The notes beneath the pieces are model-generated. The model saw only the letters and a program-made list of their open reading frames with translations. It did no database searches and had not been told where the DNA came from. 64,000 nt of DNA, from NCBI RefSeq assembly GCF_009914755.1, contig NC_060931.1; one strand, written 5' to 3'. Positions 13,453 through 28,177 of this stretch are shown here, one piece after another. Source of the stretch: the human T2T-CHM13v2.0 reference genome, Homo sapiens. The translations under genes and the position numbers were made by a program. Within the stretch, counting starts at the first letter, position 1; each line of letters opens with the position of its first letter.

Positions 13453-14293
13453 ATGAAGAGGACGAAGAAGGGGAAAAAAGAGGAGGAGAAAGAGGAAAAG
13501 AAAAGGAGAAAAAGAGGAGAAAGTGGAGGAGGAATAAAGGTATTCTATATTAAAGAAACATAACAATCACATTACTGAATTAGAACCTGGTTCTAACTGG
13601 GAAAATTTGCACATACCAAGTATTAGATTATAATTGGGAATTGCCGATAATTTTACTAGGTGTAACAATAATGTTGTGGTTATAGGTATTTTTTAAATTC
13701 TTTAGCCTGGGAGATTCAGGAGAGCATTTTAAAAAGTGACATAATATCAGCAATTTACCTTAAAATAGTTGAGCTATAATAACAACAAAAATAACAGAGA
13801 AAGTTGGGGCACATCCATAGAGCTAAGGTAACAGAAGATAAATACGAAGAAAGTAGAGAGAAAGCAAATATGACAGTTTTAACAAATCTAGGTAACTGTA
13901 TAACGGGTGCTAGTGACAGTATTTTTTTTCAGGGTTTCTGTATGTTTGAAAGTGTGCTATATAAAAAATTAATTTAAATTAGGAATATTTTTCCCCTACA
14001 AAACACATCACAAATATACTAACAATATGTAGAAAACTGCTTGGAAATTCTGGCTTAAAAAAAGGTAAATTGTTGTACTATCTAGGGCTGGGAAAGGTCA
14101 TTTTTAGAAAGGCAAAATCTATAGAAAAAGATCAACATATTTGAAAACATAAAATTAATTTTTTCCTAATAACAAAACAAAATCAGAAAGTATACATATA
14201 CTTGTAAAAATACATGCACCATATGCAACAAAATATTATAATCCATGAGTAAACAGATGTTTATAAATCATTAAGAAACAGACTACTACTCCA

Positions 14294-14595
<302 letters not shown>

Positions 14596-14833
14596 CTACT
14601 ACTCCAAAGAAAAACAGGGTATGAACAGCAATTCAAAACAGGAAATATAAATGGCTAATAAGCATATGAAAAGATTATCTACCTTACCAGCAATCAAAGA
14701 AATCCAAAATTTTAAAGCAAGAATGTAATTTTTCACCTATGTAATAAGCAAAGATAAAAACTTATGTCAAATTTTTTGTTTTAATAAGCTAAACAAGATT
14801 AAAAAATATAAACTATGCTCTTGACATTTTTGA

Positions 14834-14948
14834 CATATATATACATTACATATATGTTTATATATTATGCGTGTACATATAATATATATGTGTATATATA
14901 ATATATATGTGTGCATGTGTGTATATATATATATGTATATATATATAT
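14834..14948. repeat. (TA)n/(TG)n simple repeat
   Basis: Alternating TA/TG tract adjoining an Alu tail. Confidence 0.85.
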
Positions 14949-15233
14949 TAGAAACAGTGTCTCACTCTGTTGCCCAGGCTAGAGTGCAGTGATGCGATCA
15001 TAGCTCACTGCAGCCTCCAACACCTGGACTCCAGCAATCCTCCCGCCTCAGCCTCCTGAGTAGCTAGGACTACAGGCACACACCACCATGCCTGGCTAAT
15101 TTTTTAATTTTTTGCAGAGACAAGGTCTCCCTACACTGCCCAGGCTGGTCTAGAACTCATGGGCTCAAGCAATCCTTTCACCTCAGCCTCCTGAAGTACT
15201 GGGATTACAGGCATGAGCCACAGCACTCAGCCA
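14949..15233 (-). mobile_element. AluJ-family SINE
   Basis: Reverse-complement dimer with AluJ features. Confidence 0.92.
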
Positions 15234-15905
15234 GAAATTAAAATATTCTTGACTGTCCAGGTTTCTCAATAATTTTCCTATTCCATAAATACTCTGTTCT
15301 CTTTAGATTGCCTGTCCTTATGACACTAAACCAAAATAAAATTTATTATTTTGACATAATACAACACTACACTTGGCATTTCTAACCTTCTGTCTACCTC
15401 CTAAGCACTCTGTTTGGGCCACATGATAGTACTTAAAATCCTCAAGCATCAAGACCATTTCTATCATTACCTCATACTAAAAATAAGCTCAGTTACATGG
15501 AAATTCACCTTCAATTCCTTTAACTGAGTTAGAACAAATTTAGTTTATATATCAGAAGATTTCCACTCACAAAGTGTTCCTCTACTAAATAAAGTACACA
15601 AAACTTTTATCACAGCAGTTCCCTGGTACAAAAGCAAGATAAAACAGGCCATATTCACAAATGTCCCCCCATCCATCTCTCATTCATACAGGACTACAAT
15701 ACAATAAAAGTCCTAATATTTACAAGTTTTGACTTCTGCTTTTCTCCATAATACAGACTCCAAGGGGAAATCAAAGCAACACAATCCTACCACAGCAGAG
15801 AAAGCTAGATCCTCAATGCATGGTATTAACACTTCATTTCTTTCTTATGAAAAGGAGCACCCTCTAAAACAACAATAGGAGCTATCATTTATTAAGTGCT
15901 TACTT

Positions 15906-16030
15906 GGCCAGGCACAGCAGCACGTGGATGTAGCCCCAGCTACTCAGACTGAGGCAGGAAGGTTGCTTGGGCCCAGGAGTTTGATTCCAGCCTGGGCAAT
16001 ATAGCAAGACCCCATCTCTAAAAAAATATA
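15906..16030 (+). mobile_element. FLAM_A-like Alu monomer inserted in a MIR
   Basis: Short monomer with A-tail; TSD TATTAAGTGCTTAC. Confidence 0.8.
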
Positions 16031-17750
16031 TATATTAAGTGCTTACAGTTGGCTAGGATTTGCTAACCACTTTAACTATATCTAGTTCTCACAATTCTAT
16101 GACATAAGTTATACTAACTATTCTACAGATTTAAGAAATAACAGCTAAGTGATAAAACTGGAGCATGAACTGAGCTTTGGCTTAAAACCCAAGCATGTTC
16201 TTGAACCATTACTTTACACTGACTCTCAAGGTTTTTTAAAAGGGAGGATGGGCAAAATTCTGCACATAATATCTAAATAATCAAACACAACTGATTAACT
16301 TAGATTCAAAAAATTCAATTATGAGAAAAAAACAGAACAAACTAACCCGCCACTAACATCTTAAAATCCTTGATGCTTTTTAGGAATCTGATGTAGATTT
16401 TGTAGGTGTTAAGATAACTTTCAGGGTATGTTCTAAAGTTAGCAACAACTCAATATCAGAACAATGACTCTGACCCTGAAAATACTACAAGATTCTTTTA
16501 ACTCACAATAAAAAGTAAGATTAATAGTGTTCATTTAAGTCCAAGATGATGTCTTTTCAATCAAGATAAATTCAGATAAGGGGTATATGAGAAAATTATA
16601 CTGGGCTCTACTGCTCATGAAAAAAGTATATAAACCATTCTATTTGTTACCCTTTTAAATTAACAATAAAAAGCATTTTTCAAACCTATAAAGTATAACA
16701 AAAAATAGAAGTTAAATTTTCTATTTTGGCTTTTTTAATCTATTTGAGAAGGGGTAGAAAGATTAAAGGCTAGGGAATATACCCTGAGAGAGAAACTTGC
16801 AGGCCTGTAGACACAGAGAAGAATAATGAATACAGAAAGGAGAAAAAACAAATCAACAAATACACAAAGCATCAGTGACAAGAAAGAAAAGATGGAAAGC
16901 ATAGAGTGTAACTATATAAAGGAATAGAGAGAGATATAGATTCACCCATAAAGGACCTTAATGGCATAATCTCCAACTAAGTAAAATGTTACTGTAACAG
17001 GCAGAAGACCCCACTCCTTGAGTATAATAGTTTATTCTATTATTATGTGAAAAGATAAGCAACTGCTGCATATAAAGGGACTGAAATTATGTATATGCTT
17101 AATATCTACAATTTAAATTTATATCAGCACAAATTTTATTTGTAATACCTTAGCCCTAAGTCTCTTTACCTACTGCACAATACTATTAACACCACTCAAG
17201 TCAACTACATATTTTTAAAAAAAAAGATTTTTAACACTCCTCACCTTTATGCTCTAAGACAATTCAACAGAAGAGCTTATATAAATGAGAGCCACTTTAC
17301 ATAAAACTTTATCAAACTGACAAGAACCATAGTACTTCTCATGTCAGAAAACTACAATAATAGCATTTCAAAAGCATAATATGCAAGTGTACTACAATCT
17401 TTCCTTTTCATTTCATCTACAGTAAAAGTTTTAGTGTCCAAAAGAAACATACTGGTTAGCCAAAAATTGTGGTTATGATCAATTCATATTACACAGGTGT
17501 CATCCCTTTGTATTTCCTCCCGAAATTCAGTCTAAATCTCACTCTTAGTATTCACTTTGGAAATGCAATACGTAAATTGAGAAGTTAGTAAAAACTGAGA
17601 TAGCAAGTAAGGAAAGAATTAGATCATCTGGGTCATACAGGATTACTCTTGACATTTTAAAACTACCTCAATCAAAGAACACTAAAACAACTTCAAACAT
17701 ATTAAATTCTAAGTTTTGAAAATAAACCACTTGCTATTTACATCAGAGGA

Positions 17751-17835
17751 AATAAGAATAAAGAATAAGAAAAAGAATAAAGAATAAGAATAAGAATAAA
17801 GAATAAAGAATAAGAATAAAGAAATAAGAATAAAG
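17751..17835. repeat. (AATAAG/AATAAAG)n simple repeat
   Basis: Direct reading. Confidence 0.9.
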
Positions 17836-18050
17836 ATTTATTGTTACTGTAGGAAACACTGCACAGTACATGTGTTACTTCACTTAATACTTGCAACAAC
17901 CCTATGAGGTCAGTACCATTCATTTATAAGTCACACATATAAGAAAACTGAGGCTCTGAAACGTTAGCAACCTTTCCAAGGTCAAAATGCTCGGAATCGA
18001 GAAAACTTAGATTCAAATCCAAATAATCTGACACCAGCCATCACTCTTAA
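17836..18050 (-). mobile_element. MIR SINE
   Basis: MIR core (reverse) CAACCCTATGAGGT...GAAAACTGAGGCTCTGA...CAAGGTCA. Confidence 0.7.
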
Positions 18051-18384
18051 CCAAAAGTATACATTTTTATTCAGAAATTAGGAATATTTGGTTTGGGACT
18101 AGAGGAGATATATATACATATATAAAAAAGATGATTAACACTGAATCCTAGTATAAAGATAATCTTTCATCATCACATAAATTTTGTGTTAGTGCCTATT
18201 ATATGATTGAATATTCTGAGCTGCTGTTATTAATTTCTGGAATTTCAGATTCATAAAATACATTTTTAATGCATCATAAAATACTCTCAAGTCTACTTGG
18301 TTTTTCTAAACCTTTATGCAACCAATACTCACTATTTGGAAAGTATATTATTTCAGTTTCTTTTCCTGTAACTTTGTGGTGTTC

Positions 18385-18731
18385 TGCCCTTCAACCCCTG
18401 GGCCACAGAGCATTACAGGTCCATGGCCCATTAGGAATCAGGCCGCACAGAAGGAGGTGAGCAGCAGGGGTTAGTGGCGGGGAGTGGGCTTTTCCACCTG
18501 AGCTCAGCCTCCTGTCAGATCAGCTGGGACATTAGATTCTCATAGGAGCACTACCCCTATTGTGAAGTGCACATGCAAGGATCTAGGTTGCATATTCCTT
18601 ATGAGACTCTCATGCCTGATGATCTAAGGTGGAACAGTTTCATCCCGAAACCATTCCCCCCAACAGCCGTCCGTGGAAAAACTGTCTTCCACAAAACCGG
18701 TCCCTTGGTGCCAAAAAGGCTGGAGACTGTC
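18385..18731 (+). mobile_element. MER1B DNA transposon
   Basis: CCTCCTGTCAGATCAGC..GGACATTAGATTCTCATAGGAGC; end TCTTCCACAAAACCGGTCCCTTGGTGCCAAAAAGGCTGG. Confidence 0.85.
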
Positions 18732-20951
18732 ATTGTAGCCCATTTATTTTACTCTCCTGACTCCCACCAGGATTAACACTATTGCAATACTTTAAGTGTT
18801 GAGCAGTTGGGTACCATACAAGAAAAAGATCAGATGTTAGTAATTAATACCACATGTAAAATAGCTGATTATATTAATAGTTGCAGTCTGAATTAAACAC
18901 CAGTTGTGTTTCTCAGCTGAGAAAAATTCTGAGAAAACAAGCTATCTCAAACTCTGGAAGAGAACAAATTGCAAAATACAATATTACAGCTTGGAGAAAC
19001 ACTGGATAACACAATATCACATCTTAAAGTCAGAACATTATTTCCTAATATTTATGTAATAACAGAAATACGGTGAAATTTTATTTCACATTTAACTCTT
19101 CCACTAAAATTGTACAACTTCAGTTTTATAATTTCCAAACTTCACAGGACAATGAATCCAAAGGCCATTCTCCACAACTCTAGCTCGAAAATAAAAGAAA
19201 TCACAAAACAAAGAATCACAACTCTTTCCTATGCTAAGCCAGTCAGGCTAAAAATAGCCCCCAAATTTCAGGTATAATACCAATTCAGGTTTAAATGGAA
19301 TAAGAACCAAGGATTCTCCAACAATGCACAGCTAAGGTCAAGAGCAAAGCTGGATTCACCTTAGGGTCTTCACAGATGCATCAGAATAAAAAGATCCCTT
19401 AGGAAATCAGAGAAAACAGTGCAATAAGTAAACAATGGTGAATTATTCCAGTTAATATACATGATCCTCTCATAAGTATATTTACAGACCATTATTCTAC
19501 TTGAACAGTGGAACAGAGCAGAATCATCTTATTGAACTTTTCTGGTATATATTATTTCTGAATATACAGTGGAATTACAGATGGGCAAACGACATAACAG
19601 TACTCTGTCTCCAACATTGAACAGAGACGCATTTTAGTTAAGAGACTGTGGTAGCAGCTGCCCTCCTTAAAAATGGACCCCCAAAATTTCCAACTTTGAA
19701 ACCACGGCCAAATTTTTACTGATACTTACAAACTTTCAAGATAGCATCAAAGGTCATACAAATTGAAACAGTCAACAAAGTGCCATGAAAATCAGCATTA
19801 TTGTACTATTACAGACAAAGCTTTCTTTAAATGTATCTAGTTTAGGAATTAAACTTTAAGTAATATTAATGAAATCATAATATCAAGTAGTAAGAGATAC
19901 AAAACAAAATCCAAGTCCCTCTTGCATTTATAATTGGTTATATCAAAGTAACAACCTAATCAGATTTTTCCCTGTAGGAAAAATTAAGACAGAATTTCAT
20001 TCCTAACTAAAAGCCTCAGGTTCAACTTTTTTTTGTCCCATTGCTCTTAAACACAATATTTAACCACAATGTACTTACTATATAAAATGTCTAATGAACA
20101 GATAGTAACCAATCCTTTAAGGGTAATTAACATGATGGTTTAAATTTATCACTGACAATTTCATCTCCGTAATTTTTCACTTTAATCTTAATTTTTCTTG
20201 AGGAAATATTCAACATTCATTCATTCAACAGATATTTAGTGAGGCCTACTAAGTATCAAGCTCTATTCTAGGCTCTGGGAGTACACCTATGAGGCCCATC
20301 CTCAGGAGTTTACTCTATTAGGGAAAAACATGTAACAAGCAAATAAATATATACATAACACATGGAGGTGGGAACAGCAGGATCAAGTACTACTTTCACC
20401 AGGTTGACTCTTCAATTGCAAGAAATCCATTTCAGAGCTGCTGTCTCATCCAAACTAGTAGATTTACCAGGAGTTGTAAAGCTAACCCAAGTCACAGTTA
20501 TCTTTTAATTATATTCTCCAATCTTTTCCCCTCTTAACTTTTCACCCTTTAGTGGTATCATTTTATTCTGACAAAAGACCTCAAGGCTCCCACTTTGATG
20601 GCCTAAGTGGTACAATGCTAAATTTAGCGCTGATAGTGATTTCTGAGGACAGGTTTCCCAACTGACTCACCACTTCAACACTAGAACTTATCAGCATGTG
20701 CCTAGTACAAAGTAGGCATACTCTTGTTTGGTGAAGAAATCAATCCATAAAAATCAATCTCCAGCACGAGTTATAACAAAAGCCTTATAAACATTATCCT
20801 TAATAACAGCTTTTCAAGGATTTACCAAGTCTGATTAAAAATAAAAGATTTTTCTTCCCACAAATGTTTGGGAATATGTACAGACAAATGACTGGTAACC
20901 CTCAAATAAATCATCTTTTTCAAAACATTTTTTAGAACTTTGCTTTAAGGC

Positions 20952-21322
<371 letters not shown>

Positions 21323-22053
21323 TCACTTCTTTTAGTCTATTCCCTGTCTCCCCTGTAACTGCACCACTAGCCAGGAGACTCCCCTCCTAATTTCCCCTCA
21401 GGACCCACCCACCTATCCACCAAGAAAATAGTGAGCAATAAAACTACATGGAGCCTAGGATTTACATTCATTAGTACAAGGAATATACAGAAAAAAAAAA
21501 AAACCCGATGTACTACCACTATTTCTATAATGACTGGCAATTTACAAAGTTATACCCTCCATCATCTTATATGATCTTCATAACAATGTAAGAACAGCAA
21601 GAAAGGTGCTATTACCCCAATTTTACACAGAAGGAAATTAAAAGCTTAGAAAGTTCAAACTAGTTCCCCAAAATCCCATCATAAATAAGTGATAAAGTTG
21701 AGACTCATCCCTTATAGTGCTTAACATACAGGTTTGTGTGTTGCCATATGTATAATTTGTTGATAGACACAGTACTTATCACTATCACTCCAGCCTATTT
21801 ATTCATTTAATTCCAAATACTTTTAAAACGTTAAACAGTTTAAGAGCTATCTGCTTGCTTCAACGTTTCCTCTCCTTACACATATTTAAGGCTTTGTGAC
21901 ACCAAAATTAAACCTGACTCTGAAATAGAAAGTCAATTCCAGATTACAATCAATTGAGGAGGCACTTCATGGTCTATGAAACCACAAAATTTCAAAGCAC
22001 AGTTTAAAAAGCCATAATCTGAGAACCTCATTCAGGGAAAGCTGTAAAGTCAT

Positions 22054-22308
22054 TGTGGTGGATAATTTTAGATGTCAACTTGACTATATTAAGGAATACC
22101 TAAAAACCTGGTAAAGCATTCCTTTGGATGTGTCTGTGAGGATGTTTCCAGAGGAGACTGAGATTAGCATGTGAGTCTGAGTAGACTACCTGGAGGTCTG
22201 CCTTCCATGTGGGCAGGCACCACCCAATCTGCTGGGGGCCCAGAGATAACAAAAACAGAAAGAGGTATATCTACCAGAGCTGGGATACACTTTTCCACTC
22301 CACAACTT
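22054..22308 (+). mobile_element. MLT2 (ERVL) LTR 5' fragment
   Basis: TGTGGTGGATAATTTTAGATGTCAACTTGACT...GTGTCTGTGAGGATGTTTCCAGAGGAGA. Confidence 0.8.
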
Positions 22309-23330
22309 GGGAGAAAGTGTAAACCATACATGTGATAAGTGGTTAACAGACTAAATATAAAAGGAACTCAACACAATTTCAAGAAAATAACCATTTTTAA
22401 AATGGGCAAAGGGCTTGAATAGACATGTCTCAAAGGAAGACATAAATCTGGCCAACAAATACATGAAAAACTGCTCAGCATCACTAACCATTAGGAAAAT
22501 GCAAATTAAAACCACAATGAGATATCACCTCACACCTGTTAGAATGGCTATAATCAAAAAAATGAGAGTAAGTGATGCCATGAATGTGAAGAAAAGGGAA
22601 TTCTTGTACACTGTAGGTAGAAATGCAAATTAATACAAACATTATGAAAAATGGTATGTAAGTTCCTCAAAAACCTAAAAATAAAACTACCATACAATCT
22701 CACTCCTGGGTATATTTCCAAAAAACGGAACTCAATATGTTGAAAGGATATCTGCACTCCCAGGTTCACAGCAGCATTAGTCACAAAATCCAAGACAAAG
22801 AATCAACCTAAGTGTCCATCAATGGATAAACAGATGAAGAAAAGGTGGTAGATACAATGGAATACTAATTGGGCTTAAAAGAGAAGGAAATTCTGTCACT
22901 TGCTACAACATGAACGAACATGGAGAACATCATGCTAACTGAAAAAAGCCAAGCATGGGAAGACAAATACCACACGATCTCACTTATATGTGAAATTTAA
23001 GAAGTCAAACTCACAGAAGTAGACAGCAGAATGACAGATACCAGAGCCTGGAGAAGAGGGAGCAATGGGGATATACTGCTCAGAGTACAAAGTTTCAGAT
23101 AGATAGAAGGAAGAAATTTTTAGATCAATTAAACAACTGTCAACAATCATGTATTTTATTTTTTAAATAACTAAATTTCAATTGTCTCACCATAGAAAAT
23201 AATCAAGGTGATATGTTATTCAGCTGCACTTAATCATTCCACATTGTACACACATTTCAAAATATCACCCTGTACCCCATAAATGCATAAAAATGACTGT
23301 CAATTAAAATAATATTTAAAAAGAAAAAAT
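22309..23330 (+). mobile_element. L1MA-type LINE 3' fragment
   Basis: ORF2 C-terminal remnant ([21 protein letters not shown]) and L1MA-like 3'UTR. Confidence 0.85.
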
Positions 23331-24982
23331 TCTTTAAGAATGTTTATCAATATTCCTCTTGGTTTGTCAAAAGATGCCAAGTAAGGCTGTGTGTAGAGTG
23401 GCAAGCCAAACTCATTTTAGATACTGATGTCCTTCCACTCCCGTTATAAAATCCCTTTCCTACCTCTTGACACCTCTGAATGCCAGTGGACCTATGGTCT
23501 TCTTGCTTTGGTTAGTAGCTCTTGCAGTGTCATTAATAATTGAAGAAATAGCTTATATAGCTTAAAGATTAATGTGCCCCAAGAGTATTTCTATTACAAA
23601 TATATTAATCAACAAAACCAAGTCATAATATTTTACTAAGCACTTATGGGCAAGACAACTGTGTGTGAGCGTGGATGTATGATGTATGTGCATGTGTGTG
23701 TTCAAAAGGACCCCTGGATGTTCAGGGAGCCTTTCTTGATACGTAACTCATCACTCCAGGATTTCCCTAAGTGAAATACAAGAAAGTGTATTCACCTCCA
23801 TGGTTAAATGACTCTGCAATATGCTGTAAATTCTATCATCTTCTTTGAAAATAAATCACCTATCAAAAACTAACTATGTTAAGTCATCCAGAGAAGAAAC
23901 CTATTAACTTTCTTTAGGCAAATATCCTCCAAATTTATTTCAACTACAAAACCTTTTACTTAACAACTATTAACCTGGAACTTCTCAAAGTGCTGCATTT
24001 TTTGCCTTTTCCCATTTATATCAGATCTGTTAACTCTGAGAATCAGTGTTAATATTGAAAAAGCAACAAATCTGGATGGAAGTAACAACACAAATAGAAA
24101 CTATTTTTATTTAATAGTCACTTAATGATTCATATTTACAGACAACTCAAACAACTAATAGCTTTAAATAGCTACACTGTTTATTATTTTTTAAAACACA
24201 GGACAAGTGACAACACGTTGATAACTGGTTTCCATGCAAAAACAACCTCCAAAGTATGCCACAACACTGGAATGTATTCAGCACATTTTCCCACATTTCT
24301 TACCTTTAGTTTTCTGTAATAATAAATGCTCAGAATTATAATCCTAATTGCTCCTGGTATCAAGAAAAGTTTAAAAGTGTGTTTGATAAAAATTCACTGA
24401 TAAATATTTCATTATCTTCTAATGTTGTGAAAACTCGGATTAATTAAAACAAATTCTCAGGTAAACAAACATCCCATGCTCTAATTTCGATATATGAAGT
24501 TTACTGTTAGGGGAAAAGAAAAAAAAAAAGAAAAAAAAAGAAGGGATAGAGGGAGAGTGAGGAGTGAATATTAAACAAGTAACTTTCATGTACACTATGA
24601 CAAATTTTTTGCCAAGTATAGCAGGAGTCACATTAGAAGCAGGAAGTCCTAACAGGAGCAAGGACAACAGAAGGGGAAAAAAACTAACATTAAAAAAAAT
24701 AAAATAAAATAAAAAAAAAAAAAACTAGCTAGACGTTACATACAGCTCATCCCTGTATGTAAAATGCAAAAAAAAAAAAAATACATACATAAATATGACT
24801 AGCAAGTTTTCTAAATAATTCCATTGTATTTAAGATAAAATAATATAAATTGAAGCCAAAAAGTTTACATCGAGAACTATATGGGAGCTATACTTTCAAT
24901 TTACATTAATCTATATTTCATAGGCTCAAAGTTCAATGTACATATTAGTTTGCTCAACTGAGTGATATTCCATTTTAGCTTA

Positions 24983-25258
<276 letters not shown>

Positions 25259-27973
25259 TCATATGAACACTTATCATTACTATTCTCATTATGTATCTAT
25301 GTACTTAGTATCCTCACCTTGGTTAAAAAAAAATAAAAATAGTATGCTGATTTTATCAGCTACAAAGAAAATTAATGATGCATTCCACACTGAGTCATAA
25401 AAAGCACACAATGTGGAATAAGAGGACCTAAATATGATTTCTGTCTCCTCCATTCTTTATACAACTCTAAGTAAGCTCTTTCAACTTTCTCAACCTGTTT
25501 TATCATTGGTTAATGGGGATATCACCTACCTCAGTGTTGAGATGTAAAGAATCCAGGCACATACTACAATTCACCACTTTCTGAGCACAGTAAATGCTTG
25601 CTGAGCATGACTAATATAAAGACAGGAGAATCTTTCATAGCACAGCTCATCACTACACATTTTGAGACCTAACATGAATTAAATCACATCTCCTAAAAGC
25701 TGCTGATCTAAGTCAGCAATGTCTAGCAGAAGCAATAAAAAGGAAGTCTCACACTAATTTTGTAGTAGCCAATATTGAGTGAAATTTTATATCTAAAATA
25801 TCTCAAAATAGGACTAGTTTACGAGGCTTAGAAGCCTTGTTTAAAAAATGAAAAGGAAAAAAAGCTAAGGTAAAGCAGAAAGTCTTTTTTAAGTAATAAT
25901 CATTTTCAGTTTACTGACAATATTCAGACAAGGAAGTACAATAGCATGTTTTAAAATCTATCAAGAGAGCTGAAAACTACTTGAGAGGCAGCTGAGCAAA
26001 ACGGTCAGAGCTCTCTACTGAGAGTTAGGAGATGAGATTCCAGTTTCGACTGTCACTAATATTTAATAATTGACCTTGGACAAGAGTCTCTGGCTTCAGT
26101 TTCCTAATCTATAAACGACTACTGAAAACTATAGGGAAGACTTTAGTACAATTTAATCTGGGTCTTACTTTGGCGAGGCAATCTAGAAAAGTTAACAGAA
26201 TGGGCTAGGTGGCAACTGCCAAGGTTGGAATCCTGCTTCTGCCACTTATAAGTTGTGCAGTGTTCACACAAAAAGTACTAAAGTACAGTTTACTTAATAT
26301 TATCATTGATTTACTGTTTAAAATATTTCCCTAAAACGCAAAATTGCATTAAAATACAGAAGCTGAGAAAGCTCCATCTTTCCAAATCATTTTACTGGCA
26401 GACACACAAGTAGTTCATTTGAAAGTATTAAAACTCTGAAACATGTTAACATAAGCTAAGTTTAAGGAAAAGATCATATCATATAATATTACACATTAGA
26501 GACAACACTAAACACTTATTATAAGGCTAACTGTTCCCACTAAAATATCACACTTAAGGTAAAAATGAAACTTCTGCTACTTATAACTCTTTTTTCTAAT
26601 CTATTACTGCTAATCACAACACAAACTTATGCTATAACCATAATCTCAATTAACTCCAAGAATGAAAAATCTGTAGAATTTAGAAATATAAAATGAACTT
26701 CAAACAACTAAAAATACGTACTGTAGAAGTTACAATCAACCAGTAAGTATTTATCATATGCCAGGCTCTGTGCTTAGATTAAGTACAAACAGCAAAGTAT
26801 AAAGTTCCTCAAAGTTAGTCACGTTCCAAGGACCTGAAATTTCAGGCAAGTACGTGCTTTACCATCACTTTTCACAAAATAAAAGCCACTCACCTACAAA
26901 TGTTTGTATTTCCTTTTTGGCCCATGTAGGAATACTTCCCATTGCCCACTAAAACTGTTTCCTATTCAGTTCAGCCCATAAAAATGCCCAATCCGGTCAG
27001 TTCCTCACGTCAGGATCCTCACAGTACTTAAAGTGAAAGGCTTCGAAAAAGGTATTTCATCAAATCACAAGGTTCAGTATTTTATGTTCAGTGACACCTA
27101 CACCTGCAGATACTACAACACATAACTGGGCTAACCTGGGTCAAGTACCTAGTTGCACCGATTTAGTTCTTCCCCTTAAAGTGTTGCTAGTAAAGGCAAA
27201 CTCTACTTCTTCAAAAAGTCGGCTTTTTGCAATGCCCATTAGGCACTAGAAAAGGGAAATTGATTGGTTCGTCATAGTTGCCCTACTTCCATTTCAGGTC
27301 CAAAGAAAAAAACTATTCCATAGGGAGTAACAAGGGGGCCACACGCAAATCAAGGTGGCAGATGCTAAACTGAACTTTGTGATGACCACGATTTAACCGA
27401 AAAGGTGATGGATGTGGGGGAGGGGGATGACCCAACTGAGCCATACATGTGCAGCTTGAGATAAAAAAGTCCACTTCATGAAGCAGTCAAAGTAGAGGGT
27501 GGGAAACAAACCGGTCGGGCCGAGCAACAACCCCAGGGTGCTGACCGAGCTCGGAGGCGGAGGGCCCTGGAGCCCAGGGACCAGAGAAAGGAGACCTAGG
27601 GCAAACCATAGGATCACAAGAACCAGCAGTAACGTGGAAAGGCCAACGCTGCCACAGAGTAGCGTGTAAGGGGACACGAAGAAGGGAGCGATGAGTTAGA
27701 AGGGAGTGACAGCAGGAGGGAGACCAGTGCCAGGGGCGAGTGGCAAGTGGCAACTGCGAAAGGCGAGGCACTGGCAGCCGGAGGTGGTGGGACTCTGTTG
27801 AGTCAGCACAGCTCCTACTCTGAGGGCACTTGTAGGATCCCCGCTGCTCCTCGGGCCCTGGAGCCCACGGCGAAGGGTCAGGCCCACCTTCCGTACAGAT
27901 GATGTTCTCTGACGGGCTGGCGCCGGCCCCTTCCCCATTTCACAGGTAAACACTGGCCACCGTCGCCGCTTAC

Positions 27974-27985
27974 CTCAGTTAACAT
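27974..27985 (-). CDS. SNX13: SNX13 (sorting nexin 13 / RGS-PX1) first coding segment, codons 1-4 (MLTE)
   Basis: Minus strand ATA ATG TTA ACT GAG|GTAAGC: A at -3 and a consensus 5' splice site inside the CpG island. MLTE matches the recalled SNX13 N-terminus (MLTEASLSIWGW). I did not find exon 2 in the window, consistent with an intron 1 >28 kb. Confidence 0.85.
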
Positions 27986-28014
27986 TATTACACCCCGGGG
28001 AAGTGAGGTCCTCC

Positions 28015-28173
28015 CTAGCCTCGCCTCATGGCAACAGCCGTAGCAGCAGCGAAAACTGCTCGGGCCGCCGCCAACGGCGGCAACTGCTCCTTCAGTCTTC
28101 TCCCGGGCGGCGGTTTTACTCGGCTTCGCTGGCCTCCCCTCGGCCCGGTCGCTCGCGACGGACGCGCCGCCAT
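28015..28173 (-). other. Candidate upstream ORF (52 aa) in the SNX13 5' leader
   Basis: AAGATGG start to TAG at 28017-28015; out of frame with the main ATG and ending ~30 nt before it; translation unproven. Confidence 0.5.
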
Positions 28174-28177
28174 CTTG
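28166..28177 (-). promoter_or_regulatory. TISU / YY1 element CAAGATGGCGGC
   Basis: Exact match to TISU consensus SAASATGGCGGC and to the YY1 core. Confidence 0.8.
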